The notes under the pieces were generated by a model. It was not told where the DNA came from, did no database searches, and worked only from the letters and a program-made list of their open reading frames with translations. The translations under genes were made by a program, and so were the position numbers. Positions 52,901 through 63,249 of a stretch of DNA of 64,000 nucleotides are shown here, one piece after another. The stretch is from Bacteroidales bacterium. Its GTDB lineage: Bacteria > Bacteroidota > Bacteroidia > Bacteroidales > JAQUTK01. Location: the NCBI GenBank assembly GCA_028709785.1, contig JAQUTK010000001.1, positions 147,845 to 211,844 on the forward strand, written 5' to 3'. Position 1 is the stretch's first letter; every line of letters begins with the position of its first letter.

Positions 52901-54516
52901 ATACGATCAGGGTGCTTCAGGCCCATGCTTTGTATCAGAAGCAGGGGAAGTCTGATAGTATCAAGGGTACGCTGACCATTCATAAATGTCCTTTGTGGCC
53001 CGCTAATCTGTTTATCCCGGACCGTGCAGCCCTGCTTTCCGGCGCTTTCAACGGACAGTTTACCGTGCAGGGCACAGTAGCCAAACCGCTGATAGAGGGT
53101 TCGATGAGGCTTGATACTGCAAAAGTGTTTATTCCTTCTGCTGATTCACGGTTTACTTTTGAGAACAAGGAGGTCTTTATCAAGGACAACAGACTGGTGT
53201 TTTATAAATACAATGTCTATGCTTCAGGTAAAAACCCATTGGTTGTGGATGGAGTGGTTGACCTGAATGAGATGACTGCTTCAATTGATTTGAAAGCAAC
53301 CAACTATCAGTTGATGAATTCCAAACAACGCAAGGAGTCGATGATTTACGGCAAGGCGTTTATAGATGTTGATACCAAAATAAGAGGTTCGCTTCAAGCC
53401 CTGAAGATGCGTGGAAATGTCCGTATGCTGGGCACCTCGGATATCACTTACCTGATGAAAGATTCGCGACTGACTGCCGACGACCGGTTGGATGGGTTGG
53501 TAAACTTTGTCTCTTTTTCGGATACGACTCGGAAGGTCGAACCGCCGAAAATGGTGACAATAGGTGGCATGGATATGTTGATCAATGTGCGGCTGGATCC
53601 GGCTGTACGGGTCAATGTGGATATGTCGGACCAGAATGAGAGTTACATCGAACTGATTGGCGGTGGTAATCTTACGTATCAATATACGCCGACAGGGGAT
53701 ATGTTTCTGAATGGACGTTATACACTTACCGGTGGATCGGTCAAGTATGCCTATTCGGTCATTCCCTCCAAAGTCTTTGCCATTCAGGATGGAAGTTATA
53801 TGGAGTGGAATGGTCCCATCGATGATCCTACGATGAATCTGAACGCGATCAATAAGGTGAATACTTCTGTGATTCCGGAAGGCCAGACCGCCCGTACGGT
53901 TCACTTTGATGTACTGATTGGTATTAAAAACAAATTGAACAACCTGGGTCTCACTTTTGACTTGTCTGCTCCGGAAGATATGACGATACAGAATGAGTTG
54001 TCAGCCATGACTGCCGAAGAACGGAGTCTGCAAGCACTGAATGTGCTGGTGTCAAACTCGTATCGGTCAGCCTCCTCTTCTTCATCAAGCAGTGTCAATA
54101 TGACGAGTGCCCTGAGTAACTTCCTGCAAAATGAGATTGTGGGACTGGTGGGCAGCGGATTGAAGAATACGGAGTTTAATATAGGGGTGGAAAACTATCA
54201 GTCGGAAGGTACTCAGACGCGTACAGACTATTCATTTAGTTTTGCGCAGAAGTTTTACAACAACCGGATACGCTTTGTGATTGGTGGAAAAGTAACGACG
54301 GGACAGCGTGCGCAAACGGCTCAAAACGAGGAGTCGTTCATTGACAATATATCTGTTGAATACAGGCTTGATCTTTCAGGAACGCGCTTTGTTCGCCTCT
54401 TCTATGACAAAACATACGAGAGTCTGCTGGAGGGAGAGGTTATACAGATGGGTACCGGTCTGGTGTTGCAAAAGCGGATGAGCAATCTGCTTGAGTTATT
54501 TAAGTTCAAGAAATAG
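49957..54516 (+). CDS. tamB: translocation and assembly module protein TamB (AsmA-like/DUF490)
   Basis: About 1519 aa from ATG 49957. It has an N-terminal anchor helix GILILLPVTLLLLAGILLYIPF, a long beta-rich repetitive body, and a conserved C-terminal DUF490-like end (...RLFYDKTYESLLEGEVIQMGTGLVLQKR). An Omp85 partner follows immediately. Confidence 0.8.
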   Translation: MKKIYKGVGILILLPVTLLLLAGILLYIPFVQQKAVTLLTDYVTTTTGMKLSVEQVRLAFPIRLTAKNASLIDPATLPGDTIAAFDKFAANVELFPLFRGKVQVGIVSLQKARVHTGTLIDGIKVDGAMDLLQLSIDEADLKSQVVTLDRVRLNHSAISVMVRQDTVQKKDTTQVRWKVNLRNLKVNDVALNLAMPDDSMRLQLLAGDFELKNGCADLFDKSYQVESIKGKVATFSYDQDSVPQAAQGIDLSHLRLTEIQLKVDSILYDAEKMRAKVSSFSFKEQCGFELSSLKTRFMLSSKLLQVDELSLHTPYSSLALDGSVPLELFVRKLNDSVTLNLDVTLRREDFFCLLGRKDSMLTHSFPKDPCDMRFSLSGTGEKITLDEMTVSLPGAFHLVASATMTHPSDSLRRRADLDWDIRSGDLSFVKVLLDNGKKSRYRLPNDLRLDGMASVKGAAFETDLRFSEGKGDVLLTASGNFSQQSGKAKLTMIDFPLQDFFPYDSVGRVTTDVSMEMLGTDPYNRKTTWMLEAYLNAFRFEGKDYSGITVRGNYAANKGTLQVESSLKPLNLTAQLAGTLTRKKATAQLALQVRNLDLHYFEWATPQTTASFHLNLNGTSDLKKSHVLGVELSKGRFVTDGKRDTLKTIRLNGASNEQLTDLSVEAGDLHLKASANKDPQALMLLFAKLTNEVTRQVKQRTLHLEMLKKVLPEAHLTFQAGSDNPLNNFLKREKISFSSLNTKLDLSPEKGLSGSGALLGLQIDTISVDSVRLTLSQDSLLNLSLGANKRYGDPRFRFSGRVNAALGDRSMSLGMLYMNGQGEKGMQWQLHATKLDSLLDIRLDNNPIIAFTRYTLNKDQMMRVNLFDKKIRANVTMNGDNGSEASFHSLNDTLLHDKLQLYVHSLPLSPITGLSPLLPSMGGLIDADVFYAVSDSSFSVNAEAGVRSFVYEKHRVGNIRSTVAYLPGANQSHSLTAALQLDTIRVLQAHALYQKQGKSDSIKGTLTIHKCPLWPANLFIPDRAALLSGAFNGQFTVQGTVAKPLIEGSMRLDTAKVFIPSADSRFTFENKEVFIKDNRLVFYKYNVYASGKNPLVVDGVVDLNEMTASIDLKATNYQLMNSKQRKESMIYGKAFIDVDTKIRGSLQALKMRGNVRMLGTSDITYLMKDSRLTADDRLDGLVNFVSFSDTTRKVEPPKMVTIGGMDMLINVRLDPAVRVNVDMSDQNESYIELIGGGNLTYQYTPTGDMFLNGRYTLTGGSVKYAYSVIPSKVFAIQDGSYMEWNGPIDDPTMNLNAINKVNTSVIPEGQTARTVHFDVLIGIKNKLNNLGLTFDLSAPEDMTIQNELSAMTAEERSLQALNVLVSNSYRSASSSSSSSVNMTSALSNFLQNEIVGLVGSGLKNTEFNIGVENYQSEGTQTRTDYSFSFAQKFYNNRIRFVIGGKVTTGQRAQTAQNEESFIDNISVEYRLDLSGTRFVRLFYDKTYESLLEGEVIQMGTGLVLQKRMSNLLELFKFKK

Positions 54517-54520
54517 GAAG

Positions 54521-56965
54521 ATGGGAAGAAGAATAGACAGGATAGCCCTTTACGGGACAAACCAGCGGTCGCTTCTCTGCCTCTGGGGGTGCTTGCTTGT
54601 CAGCACGCTGCTGCTGCTGTCGGGTTGCTCCGTAACCCGGCATCTGCCGGAAGGTGAGGTGCTCTATACCGGTATAAAGAAACAGATTGTGCTGAATAGT
54701 GATAAAAGCAGGGAAGCAGAAGCAGCCCTCGTTGAGATTGAAGCGGCTTTGGCTTGTGCACCCAATAACGCGCTGTTTGGGAGCTCAACGACGCGCATCC
54801 CGTTGCCTGTCGGACTCTGGATATACAACCGTTTTGAACGCTATACGCATGGTCCCGGACGATGGATCTTCAATCACATGGCTGCACGTCCGGTATTGAT
54901 CTCTACGGTCAATCCGGAATTGCGCGTCAAAGTGGTCAATAATATCCTCCGTGAAAATGGTTTCTTTAGTGGAACTGCCTCTTTTCAAGAACATCCGGAT
55001 AAGAAAAATCCCCGAAAGGCTTCGTTGAGTTATACGATCACGATGAACAAACCGTATCGCTATGATTCGATCGAATACCGAAGCATATCTCCTGCGGCGG
55101 ACTCGATCATAGCCCTCAAATACCGGCGTGATTCAGCACAAATGGAGAGAAGACGTACGCTCTTATTCAGGAGATCAGCCCGAACTGATACCACGCTCAC
55201 TTTGACAGAAGAGATTCCTCTGTTGAAAAAAGGAGATGTTTTTAATGCCGCCAAACTGGAGGCGGAGCGGCAACGGATCACCTCTCTGTTGAAAAACCAC
55301 GGATTCTACTATGCCAAGTCTGAAGATCTTATCTTTGAGGCAGACACGCTTCTGACGCCCGGAGCGGTCCATCTGCGTATGGTGCCAACCCCTTCGCTCT
55401 CTTACTCTCAATGTCATCCCTGGTATATTGGCGATATCTCATTTGTATTGTCTGACTATCAAACCAATTCGTCGTATGACACGATCAGGTATAAAGGGAT
55501 ATCTGTCGCGTATAATGATCCGTTGCAGGTGCGTCCGTCGGTATTGAATCGTCAGCTCCGTCTGCTGTCGGGAGAGGAATATACGCTTCGCAAAAACTCA
55601 CGCACTTTATCCGCATTGAGCAGATTGGGAATCTTTAGTTCGTCGGAAATCCAGTTTACACCCCGCACTGACTCGCTTGGATGCGATACGCTGGATATGC
55701 GTGTGCTTAGCACAATCGATCTGCCTCTGGATGGTAAGATAGAGTTGAACCTTACTTCCAAGAGTAATGATCAGATCGGACCGGGAGCTCTTTTCAGTTT
55801 GACAAAGCGAAACGTGTTTCGGGGAGGAGAGTTGTTTTCTTTTACTGTACGCGGCTCTTATGAGTGGCAGACCGGTAACTGGGCAGGACAGGGACGTTCG
55901 GCGATCCATTCGTATGAGATTGGAACTGCGATCTCTTTGACATTCCCTCAGATTTTGTTCCCGTATCAGTACAACAAAAAGCGGAATTACCAAGCCTCAA
56001 CGATTGTCAAGTTGTATGGCGACAGACTGAGCCGGGCGGGTTACTTTCAGCTCTTTTCGTTTGGAGGAAGCACGACGTACGACTTCAAGACGACGCGGTC
56101 GAGCAAACATACGCTGGTTCCTTTTGATCTTTCTTACAACTACCTCAGCTATGTATCCAATCAGTTTGATTCCATTCTGACCGCCAATCCGGCACTGGCT
56201 TTGAGTTTCAAGAATCAGTTTGTGCCCAAGATGGGATATACCTACACCTATGATAACTCATCTACCCGCAGAGTCGGAAACACGTTCTGGTGGCAGACTT
56301 CTGCTTCGACGGCGGGCGTGATTCTTTCTTCGCTTTATATGTTGAAAGGGGAACCTTTTACCAGCCGGAAAGAGTTGTTTAATATACCGTATGCCCAATT
56401 CTTAAAACTCACATCGGAGGTGCGCTATAACCTGCGGATAGACAAAAAACAGAGTCTGGCCATGCGGTTGGGTGCGGGGGTGATCTATGCTTATGGCAAA
56501 GATGGTGTGGCTCCTTTCGCCGAACAGTTTTATGTGGGTGGAGCAAACAGTATCCGTGCGTTTACCATCCGATCGATTGGACCGGGGGGAACGGTGCCTA
56601 ATACCGGCAACCGGTATTCCTATCTGGATCAGACCGGCGACATCAAACTGGAAGCCAATGTGGAATATCGTTTCGGACTGGTAGGTAATCTGAAAGGTGC
56701 TCTCTTTGTGGATGCAGGAAACAACTGGCTCTTAAAGCATGATGCGGATCGTCCGCTCGGTCAGTTCAAACTGAAGAGCCTGGCTGATCAGATTGCCCTG
56801 GGCACCGGATGTGGCTTGAGGTATGACCTTACTTTTCTGGTGCTGCGATTTGATTTGGGAGTTGCACTGCACTTGCCGTACGAGACGACAAAGTCCGGTT
56901 ATTACAATGTGCCCCGATTCAAAGACGGACTTGGACTTCATCTGGCGATTGGTTATCCGTTCTAA
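54521..56965 (+). CDS. tamA: BamA/TamA-family (Omp85) outer-membrane protein
   Basis: The preferred start is ATG 54521, with a lipoprotein-like signal LLLLSGC. POTRA-like repeats and a C-terminal barrel with FYVGGANSIRAF, ending ...LHLAIGYPF (terminal aromatic). Confidence 0.8.
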   Translation: MGRRIDRIALYGTNQRSLLCLWGCLLVSTLLLLSGCSVTRHLPEGEVLYTGIKKQIVLNSDKSREAEAALVEIEAALACAPNNALFGSSTTRIPLPVGLWIYNRFERYTHGPGRWIFNHMAARPVLISTVNPELRVKVVNNILRENGFFSGTASFQEHPDKKNPRKASLSYTITMNKPYRYDSIEYRSISPAADSIIALKYRRDSAQMERRRTLLFRRSARTDTTLTLTEEIPLLKKGDVFNAAKLEAERQRITSLLKNHGFYYAKSEDLIFEADTLLTPGAVHLRMVPTPSLSYSQCHPWYIGDISFVLSDYQTNSSYDTIRYKGISVAYNDPLQVRPSVLNRQLRLLSGEEYTLRKNSRTLSALSRLGIFSSSEIQFTPRTDSLGCDTLDMRVLSTIDLPLDGKIELNLTSKSNDQIGPGALFSLTKRNVFRGGELFSFTVRGSYEWQTGNWAGQGRSAIHSYEIGTAISLTFPQILFPYQYNKKRNYQASTIVKLYGDRLSRAGYFQLFSFGGSTTYDFKTTRSSKHTLVPFDLSYNYLSYVSNQFDSILTANPALALSFKNQFVPKMGYTYTYDNSSTRRVGNTFWWQTSASTAGVILSSLYMLKGEPFTSRKELFNIPYAQFLKLTSEVRYNLRIDKKQSLAMRLGAGVIYAYGKDGVAPFAEQFYVGGANSIRAFTIRSIGPGGTVPNTGNRYSYLDQTGDIKLEANVEYRFGLVGNLKGALFVDAGNNWLLKHDADRPLGQFKLKSLADQIALGTGCGLRYDLTFLVLRFDLGVALHLPYETTKSGYYNVPRFKDGLGLHLAIGYPF

Positions 56966-57025
56966 CAGTATCAGCAAATCATTGATAGTTGCTGAACCTG
57001 TTTTTTTCGGACAAAGTGAAGAGAG

Positions 57026-58141
57026 TTAATATTCTGTTTTAGTACGGGGATACGCTTTAACGTTGAGCAAAATATCCATCGTAAATCGCTTGACCCGTTT
57101 CTCGTTTTCTTCGTCAAATTGAGTTATTTGCAAAACCTGCCCCCCGCGTACGGTTTGGATCTCTGCTCCTGAGAAGATACCCGGTAACCAGGCATGAATG
57201 AAGGTTCCATCACAATAGCCATCTGCTTTCCACCCTTTCAGGCAGATCTCTTTCCGGTTTTTGAAAAAGTCCTTCACGATATATTGCAGCAGATAATTCC
57301 CTGTTTGGGTAAATAGCTTCCATTCCCCACTGTTTACATCGTTTTGATCAGCTTCCGGATAGTCTGGACGAGGAAATACGTTCCACTGATTTTGGTACAG
57401 TTTGCTCTTCCACCAAGCACCCGGAGGTCCGAAGTTTACGATCCGGAAGTGTTTAGCTACTAATTCCGAGGCCCATCTGTAATCACCATTATAGTTGCCT
57501 AAATCAGTGTAGTAGACAATGCATTTCTGCGCTATGCTATTGTCAATACACCAAGCAGATGCTAACGTAGCACATTGACCGCCCATATTGATAATGACCG
57601 GTAGACCAGGATTCTTTTTATAATAGTCATTGATCAGTTTGACGTATAAATGAGCTCCTTTCGATTCCTTTCCTTCTCCGGCCTTTTCATTAGGGGCTTC
57701 TGTTCCTATCGTTATAGGAGGGATGCGTTTCATGTCAATGCCACCTTTTCGAGCATTCTCCATTGCCTCATCGGCTGTTTTTATCCATTCATCACCCCAA
57801 TAGAATTTCCATTTTTCGGCATACAACGGTGTGAGTATCTGCGCGACCAGTCTCATTTTCTTCAGACTGGCCATTGCAAACATCCACTCATCATCGATGA
57901 CATCGTCGTAAACATCATTGTCGTATATCACAGGATTATTTACCTTTTTCCCCTCTTTTACTGTAATCCCATGAATGTATAACCCTTGCGGGAAACCGGG
58001 GCGATCGATCCCCCAATCTCCTATCTTGAGTTTGCGGTTCCAGTCTGTGGTCTGTGGATTCCACTGTGTTGATTCAATGGAATAGAGTTGGGATAAAGGC
58101 TGTAGCACGGTAATGATACAGCCAAATAATAATCTCTTCAT
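57026..58141 (-). CDS. secreted hypothetical protein (possible nucleoside-hydrolase-like fold; function unknown)
   Basis: 371-aa clean ORF with a signal-like N-terminus. The acidic cluster IYDNDVYDDVIDDEW is loosely reminiscent of the DxDxxxDD motif of nucleoside hydrolases. No firm family recognition. Confidence 0.4.
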   Translation of the reverse strand: MKRLLFGCIITVLQPLSQLYSIESTQWNPQTTDWNRKLKIGDWGIDRPGFPQGLYIHGITVKEGKKVNNPVIYDNDVYDDVIDDEWMFAMASLKKMRLVAQILTPLYAEKWKFYWGDEWIKTADEAMENARKGGIDMKRIPPITIGTEAPNEKAGEGKESKGAHLYVKLINDYYKKNPGLPVIINMGGQCATLASAWCIDNSIAQKCIVYYTDLGNYNGDYRWASELVAKHFRIVNFGPPGAWWKSKLYQNQWNVFPRPDYPEADQNDVNSGEWKLFTQTGNYLLQYIVKDFFKNRKEICLKGWKADGYCDGTFIHAWLPGIFSGAEIQTVRGGQVLQITQFDEENEKRVKRFTMDILLNVKAYPRTKTEY

Positions 58142-58166
58142 TCCTTCTGTGATGATTATAATGTGA

Positions 58167-59591
58167 TTACTTTCCGATTCGCTTCACTTCAAATCCGATT
58201 CCCCTCAGTTGTTTTGCATTCAGAATGTTTCTTCCGTCAAAGACAAAGGCCGGTTTGTACATATCCTGATAGATTTTATTCCAGTCATACGTGCAAAATT
58301 CATCCCACTCCGTAAGCACTGCGATCGCATGTGCATCTTTTAATGTTTCATACGGTTCTGTATGTACGGTTACCAGCGAATGTATCTCTTCTTTACTGAG
58401 TGGTTCGCCCATGCACTCACAGCCACCACTGTTGCGACGATGTGACTGAAGATATTCAAGATCCTCATAGACACGTTCGGCAGATACTTTCGGGTCGTAG
58501 ATATGGATCTGTGCGCGGTCTTGCATCAAATCATCCGCTACATAGATCGCGGCAGACTCGCGGGTATCGTTCGTATCTTTTTTGAATGCCCATCCCAGAA
58601 AGGCAATCTTCTTGCCTGAAACGGTATTGAACAAAGAGTCGATGATCTGCTGAGAGAAACGGCGTTTCTGATAATCATTCATCTTAATTACCTGTTCCCA
58701 GTAATCGGCCACTTCCGGTAGATTGAAATGACGGCACAGATAGACCAGGTTCAGGAGGTCTTTCTGGAAACAGCTTCCGCCATAACCGACGGACGCTTTC
58801 AGAAACTTATGGCCAATACGGCTGTCTGCCCCGATTGCACGGGCAATTTCATCCACATCGGCTCCGGTGCGTTCGCATAAAGCAGAGATCGAGTTGATGC
58901 TGGAGATACGTTGTGCCAGAAAAGCATTCGCTGTCAGTTTGGAGAGCTCGCTACTCCAAACATTCGTTTGCAAAATCCTTTCACGAGGCACCCAACGCGC
59001 ATAGACAGCTGTCAGCGTTTCAATCGCTTCCAATCCCTCGGGAGTCATATCGCCACCAATCAGCACCCTGTCCGGATTGAAAAGATCCTGGATAGCGGTA
59101 CCTTCGGCAAGGAACTCCGGATTGGAAAGCACCTGAAACTTCAATCCGTTCGAGTTGTTGCTCAGGATGGTCTTGATTGACTCAGCGGTGCGTACCGGCA
59201 AGGTTGATTTTTCCACGACAATCTTATTGCCTTCGGCATTGTTGGCAATCTGACGTGCGCAAAGTTCGACGAACTTCAGATCAGCTGCCATGTTTTTGCC
59301 AATACCATACGTCTTGGTCGGTGTGTTGACCGAGATAAAGATAATATCCGCGTTGCGGATACCTTTGTTTACATCGGTAGAGAAAAATAAGTTTCGGTTA
59401 CGTGCCTCTTTGACGACCTCCGCAAGCCCCGGCTCATACACCGGTAATTTGCTCAAATCTTCGTCATTCCATTCTGCAATCCGTTTGGGATTGATATCCA
59501 CAATGGTTACTTCGATATCCGGACATTTCGCTGCAATAACAGCCATTGTTGGTCCGCCAACATATCCGGCACCAATGCATGTAATTTTCAT
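58167..59591 (-). CDS. ugd: UDP-glucose 6-dehydrogenase (long, eukaryote-like type)
   Basis: 474 aa. Rossmann N-terminus [20 protein letters not shown], catalytic region GGSCFQKD, C-terminal UDP-binding domain. Confidence 0.9.
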   Translation of the reverse strand: MKITCIGAGYVGGPTMAVIAAKCPDIEVTIVDINPKRIAEWNDEDLSKLPVYEPGLAEVVKEARNRNLFFSTDVNKGIRNADIIFISVNTPTKTYGIGKNMAADLKFVELCARQIANNAEGNKIVVEKSTLPVRTAESIKTILSNNSNGLKFQVLSNPEFLAEGTAIQDLFNPDRVLIGGDMTPEGLEAIETLTAVYARWVPRERILQTNVWSSELSKLTANAFLAQRISSINSISALCERTGADVDEIARAIGADSRIGHKFLKASVGYGGSCFQKDLLNLVYLCRHFNLPEVADYWEQVIKMNDYQKRRFSQQIIDSLFNTVSGKKIAFLGWAFKKDTNDTRESAAIYVADDLMQDRAQIHIYDPKVSAERVYEDLEYLQSHRRNSGGCECMGEPLSKEEIHSLVTVHTEPYETLKDAHAIAVLTEWDEFCTYDWNKIYQDMYKPAFVFDGRNILNAKQLRGIGFEVKRIGK

Positions 59592-59956
59592 AGTTGCTCT
59601 GTATTATTCATTTAAAATTGTATAGCAATAAATTCATTCTTAGTAAAATATAAAACGATCTTTGAATCTGCCGACCGGGGTTCTTTAGGAGAAGAGAGTT
59701 TGGTTATCTATCCCTTACCATGGACTTTTGTCAGGAAGATCATTCGGTTGTGCAAAGTAAAATATTTTTTTTATTTTTCATGCATCTTTTGGATAGAAAA
59801 TAGAGCTTTCCTCTATTCATAAGAGGATCTGAGATTCATAAGGCGGTTGCATTTTACCTTGCCGGATTGAAAAAAGAGAGTACACAATTACACTCTCTTG
59901 AATAAGGGCATGAGAATATTAATCGGACAAAATGGCGTATTTCAAGTTCTTTTTGT

Positions 59957-59964
59957 TACTTTTG
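59957..59964 (+). promoter_or_regulatory. -7 promoter box TACTTTTG upstream of rlmN
   Basis: TAnnTTTG match 46 nt upstream of ATG 60010. Confidence 0.45.
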
Positions 59965-60009
59965 CACACAAGCTTCGATTAGGAATGAAGAGATTAAAAC
60001 GAAAAAGAA

Positions 60010-61035
60010 ATGGGAAAAGATACTTTATTGGGTAAGACGCTGACAGAGATTCAGTTAATTGTAAAAGAACTGGATATGCCGGCCTTTTCCGCGAAGCAAA
60101 TAGCCGATTGGCTTTATAAGAAAAAGGTAACCTCTATTGACGAGATGAGTAATCTCTCTGTCAAACATCGTCTGCTGCTCAATGAAAAATATGTAGTAGG
60201 TGCTGTTAAACCATCGGATGCGCATTATTCAAAGGATGGAACGGTCAAATATCTTTTCAATGTCGGAGAAAAAGGAGCGATTGAGTCTGTGTATATTCCG
60301 GATGAGGATCGTCATACGCTTTGTGTCTCTTCGCAAGTAGGATGTAAGATGGGTTGTCTCTTTTGTATGACCGGCAAGCAAGGATTCAAGGGAAATCTTT
60401 CCGCCTGTGAGATCATCAATCAGATGCAATCAATCAACGAGGCATCTCTGTTGTCGAACGTTGTGTTTATGGGTATGGGTGAACCGATGGACAATATCGA
60501 TGAGGTGTTGAAGGCTATTGAGATCATGACTGCTTCGTATGGATATGCGTGGAGTCCGAAGCGAATTACCGTATCTACGATCGGACTGCTTCCGGGCCTG
60601 AAACGTCTGCTTGCCGAGAGTGATTGTCATGTGGCAATCAGTCTGCATAATGCCAAATCTGCCGAAAGGCTTGCCCTGATGCCGGTTGAAAAGGCCTATC
60701 CGCTTGTGCAGGTATTGGAGGAGATACGAAAATACGACTTTAGTCATCAACGTCGTGTCTCTTTTGAATATATTATGTTGAAAGGAGTAAATGATACTCC
60801 TCAACATGCAAAAGTCTTAAAACTGTTGCTCAAAGGGCTGTTGTGTCGGGTCAACCTGATCCGTTATCATGCGATACCCGGCGTCGAACTGGAATGTTCT
60901 GATGAGTTGACAATGATTAATTTTCGCGATGCGTTGACCGGTGGGGGTATTATCAGTACCATCCGTTCCTCTCGTGGTGAAGATATATTTGCTGCTTGTG
61001 GTATGCTTTCGACTGAAAAACTAAACCAAAAATAG
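60010..61035 (+). CDS. rlmN: 23S rRNA/tRNA (adenine-C2)-methyltransferase RlmN (radical SAM)
   Basis: 341 aa. Radical-SAM cluster CVSSQVGCKMGCLFCMTG, MGMGEP, and C-terminal catalytic Cys context AACGML. Confidence 0.9.
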   Translation: MGKDTLLGKTLTEIQLIVKELDMPAFSAKQIADWLYKKKVTSIDEMSNLSVKHRLLLNEKYVVGAVKPSDAHYSKDGTVKYLFNVGEKGAIESVYIPDEDRHTLCVSSQVGCKMGCLFCMTGKQGFKGNLSACEIINQMQSINEASLLSNVVFMGMGEPMDNIDEVLKAIEIMTASYGYAWSPKRITVSTIGLLPGLKRLLAESDCHVAISLHNAKSAERLALMPVEKAYPLVQVLEEIRKYDFSHQRRVSFEYIMLKGVNDTPQHAKVLKLLLKGLLCRVNLIRYHAIPGVELECSDELTMINFRDALTGGGIISTIRSSRGEDIFAACGMLSTEKLNQK

Positions 61036-61042
61036 AAGAACA

Positions 61043-62095
61043 ATGAAAAAGATCACTTGCTTATTGCTTTCTGTGCTTTCTATTGCAATGTTATTCTCTT
61101 GCAAGGATAGTGCAAATCCTTTGTTGCCACGTGCGACAGGAGTTCCTTTTGAGTTATTGGTTGTCATGGATAAAGCTCAGTGGAATGCTCCGGCCGGACG
61201 TACTCTGTTTGAAATATTAAATTCTGATGTGCCCGGTTTGCCGCAATCAGAGCCGCAGTTCAGACTCTCATATACGCCCCCTGATCGTTTTAAGAACATC
61301 TATAAATCGGTACGAAGTATTGTGATTGCCAATATAGATCCTCATCAGTTTACAAAGGCAAAAATGACTTATTCAAAGGATATGTGGGCAAACGGACAAG
61401 TCGTGTTGATAATCAATGCTCCAAATGCATCAAGCTTTGAACAATACGTACTTATGAATGAGAAGAACATAGTCAAATTGTTCGTCGATAATGAACTGGA
61501 ACTGTCGAAAAGACACATCGAAAAGAAATATAATAAGGATGTTTCAAAGCGTCTTAAAGATCATCTCGATATTCAGATGTGTATCCCAACGGCATTGAGA
61601 AAGTATAAAATATCGGAGGGATTCTTCTGGACTTCCAATGCAGCAGGGAAAAAAAGGCAGGATATTGTCGTTTACGCTTATCCATACACAGATAGAAATA
61701 CATTTACAGTGGACTATCTGATCCACAAAAGAGATTCAGTGATGAAAGCGAATATGCCGGGAGGTCCGGAGGGGTCTTTTATGGGTACCCAGCAGGCATG
61801 GATACCCGATTCCTCGGTGGTAACTGTGGACGGCAAGTATTGTATGGAGCTTCGTGGACTGTGGGAAGTGGTCGGTGATAATATGGGTGGCCCGTTTGTT
61901 AGTCATACTCAGATCGATGAATTGAATAACCGGGTGGTTACGGTGGAGGCTTTTGTCTATGAGCCGAATGGAAAGAAGAGAAATTTGATGCGGATATTGG
62001 AGTCTGCATTATATACGGTTAAAATGCCTGTCAAAGAAGAACCAGAAGCAATAGAGAATATGGCTGAGGTGATCGTACAGGATAGCGTGAAATAA
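61043..62095 (+). CDS. lipoprotein of unknown function (DUF4837-like, by recalled synteny between rlmN and pdxA)
   Basis: Lipobox LSIAMLFSC. 350-aa clean ORF with 7-nt and 8-nt gaps to its neighbours. Confidence 0.5.
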   Translation: MKKITCLLLSVLSIAMLFSCKDSANPLLPRATGVPFELLVVMDKAQWNAPAGRTLFEILNSDVPGLPQSEPQFRLSYTPPDRFKNIYKSVRSIVIANIDPHQFTKAKMTYSKDMWANGQVVLIINAPNASSFEQYVLMNEKNIVKLFVDNELELSKRHIEKKYNKDVSKRLKDHLDIQMCIPTALRKYKISEGFFWTSNAAGKKRQDIVVYAYPYTDRNTFTVDYLIHKRDSVMKANMPGGPEGSFMGTQQAWIPDSSVVTVDGKYCMELRGLWEVVGDNMGGPFVSHTQIDELNNRVVTVEAFVYEPNGKKRNLMRILESALYTVKMPVKEEPEAIENMAEVIVQDSVK

Positions 62096-62115
62096 AATAA
62101 CCTTTGATTCAAAAA

Positions 62116-63225
62116 ATGGAAGAAAGAAAAGCAAGAATTGCCATTACACATGGTGACTTTAACGGTATAGGGTATGAAGTGATCCTGAAAGCAATGGAAG
62201 AACCTCATCTTCAGAGTATCTGTACACCGATATTGTATGGATCTATGAAGATTGCTTCGTATTATAAAAAGTTATTGGAAATTGAAGGAGTCACTTTTAA
62301 TCTGATCAATAATCCGGCAGAGGCATTGCCCCGCCGATTGAATATTATCGATTGTGTGCCTGAAGATTTGAAAGTAGAATTCTCAAAATCCACACCCGAA
62401 GCTGGTAAGGCAGCTTTTAAAGCACTTGAACGGGTGATGGAAGATATACGTAACCGACAGATTGATGCGTTGGTGACAGCTCCAATAAACAAGAATAACA
62501 TTCAATCAAAAGACTTTGATTTTCCGGGACATACCGAATATCTGCAACAGTCGGCTGCTGCGAAAGGACAGAAAGCTTTGATGATTCTTTGCAGCGAAGG
62601 ACTTCGTGTGGCATTGGTAACCGGTCATGTGCCTGTATCACAGATTTCTTCCTCTCTGACAGTCGAAAAAATACTGGAGAAAATTCAGTTGTTTAATCAA
62701 AGTCTCCGGTATGACTATGCCATTATTCGTCCCCGAATTGCTGTCTTGGCTCTGAACCCTCATGCGAGCGACGGCGGACTTATCGGAGATGAAGAACGTT
62801 TGATGATTATCCCGGCTCTTCAGGCAGCCAAAGAGAAGGGGTTGTTGGTTTTTGGTCCTTATCCGGCAGATGGTTTCTTTGGCTCAGGTAATTACAAGAA
62901 ATTTGATGGTGTGCTGGCCATGTATCATGATCAGGGCTTGGCTCCTTTTAAAGCGCTATCCATGGAAAGTGGTGTGAATTTTACGGCGGGATTGCCATTT
63001 GTACGCACTTCTCCGGCGCATGGTACGGCATACGATATAGCCGGTCAGGGAATTGCTTCGGAAGACTCTTTCCGTCAGGCATTGTATATGGCTGTTGATG
63101 TTGTTGCAAACAGGGAACAATATTATCAAAATCACAAGAATCCGTTACGTAAACAGTATTATGACAGGGGGGGCGGTTCAGATGATCTGAACCTGACAGG
63201 TGAGGATGATAGAGATCGTATATAA
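62116..63225 (+). CDS. pdxA: 4-hydroxythreonine-4-phosphate dehydrogenase PdxA
   Basis: The preferred start is ATG 62116 (MEERKARIAITHGD...). Motifs NGIGYEV, FPGHTEYL, LNPHA, MYHDQGL, RTSPAHGTA. Confidence 0.9.
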   Translation: MEERKARIAITHGDFNGIGYEVILKAMEEPHLQSICTPILYGSMKIASYYKKLLEIEGVTFNLINNPAEALPRRLNIIDCVPEDLKVEFSKSTPEAGKAAFKALERVMEDIRNRQIDALVTAPINKNNIQSKDFDFPGHTEYLQQSAAAKGQKALMILCSEGLRVALVTGHVPVSQISSSLTVEKILEKIQLFNQSLRYDYAIIRPRIAVLALNPHASDGGLIGDEERLMIIPALQAAKEKGLLVFGPYPADGFFGSGNYKKFDGVLAMYHDQGLAPFKALSMESGVNFTAGLPFVRTSPAHGTAYDIAGQGIASEDSFRQALYMAVDVVANREQYYQNHKNPLRKQYYDRGGGSDDLNLTGEDDRDRI

Positions 63226-63249
63226 GGAAGTAAGAAAAAAGGAAGAATC

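Noticed and set aside
58167-59591. The eukaryote-like long form of UDP-glucose dehydrogenase considered as a horizontal-transfer candidate.
   Set aside because: Its composition and context look native, long-form UGDHs are common in Bacteroidota as far as I recall, and there is no flanking mobility signal.
63167-63173. A G7 run in the pdxA C-terminal region, considered as a contingency tract.
   Set aside because: pdxA is a housekeeping gene and the run lies near the dispensable C-terminal tail. It serves as a control showing that G7 runs can occur without phase variation, which tempers the pglX G7 claim.
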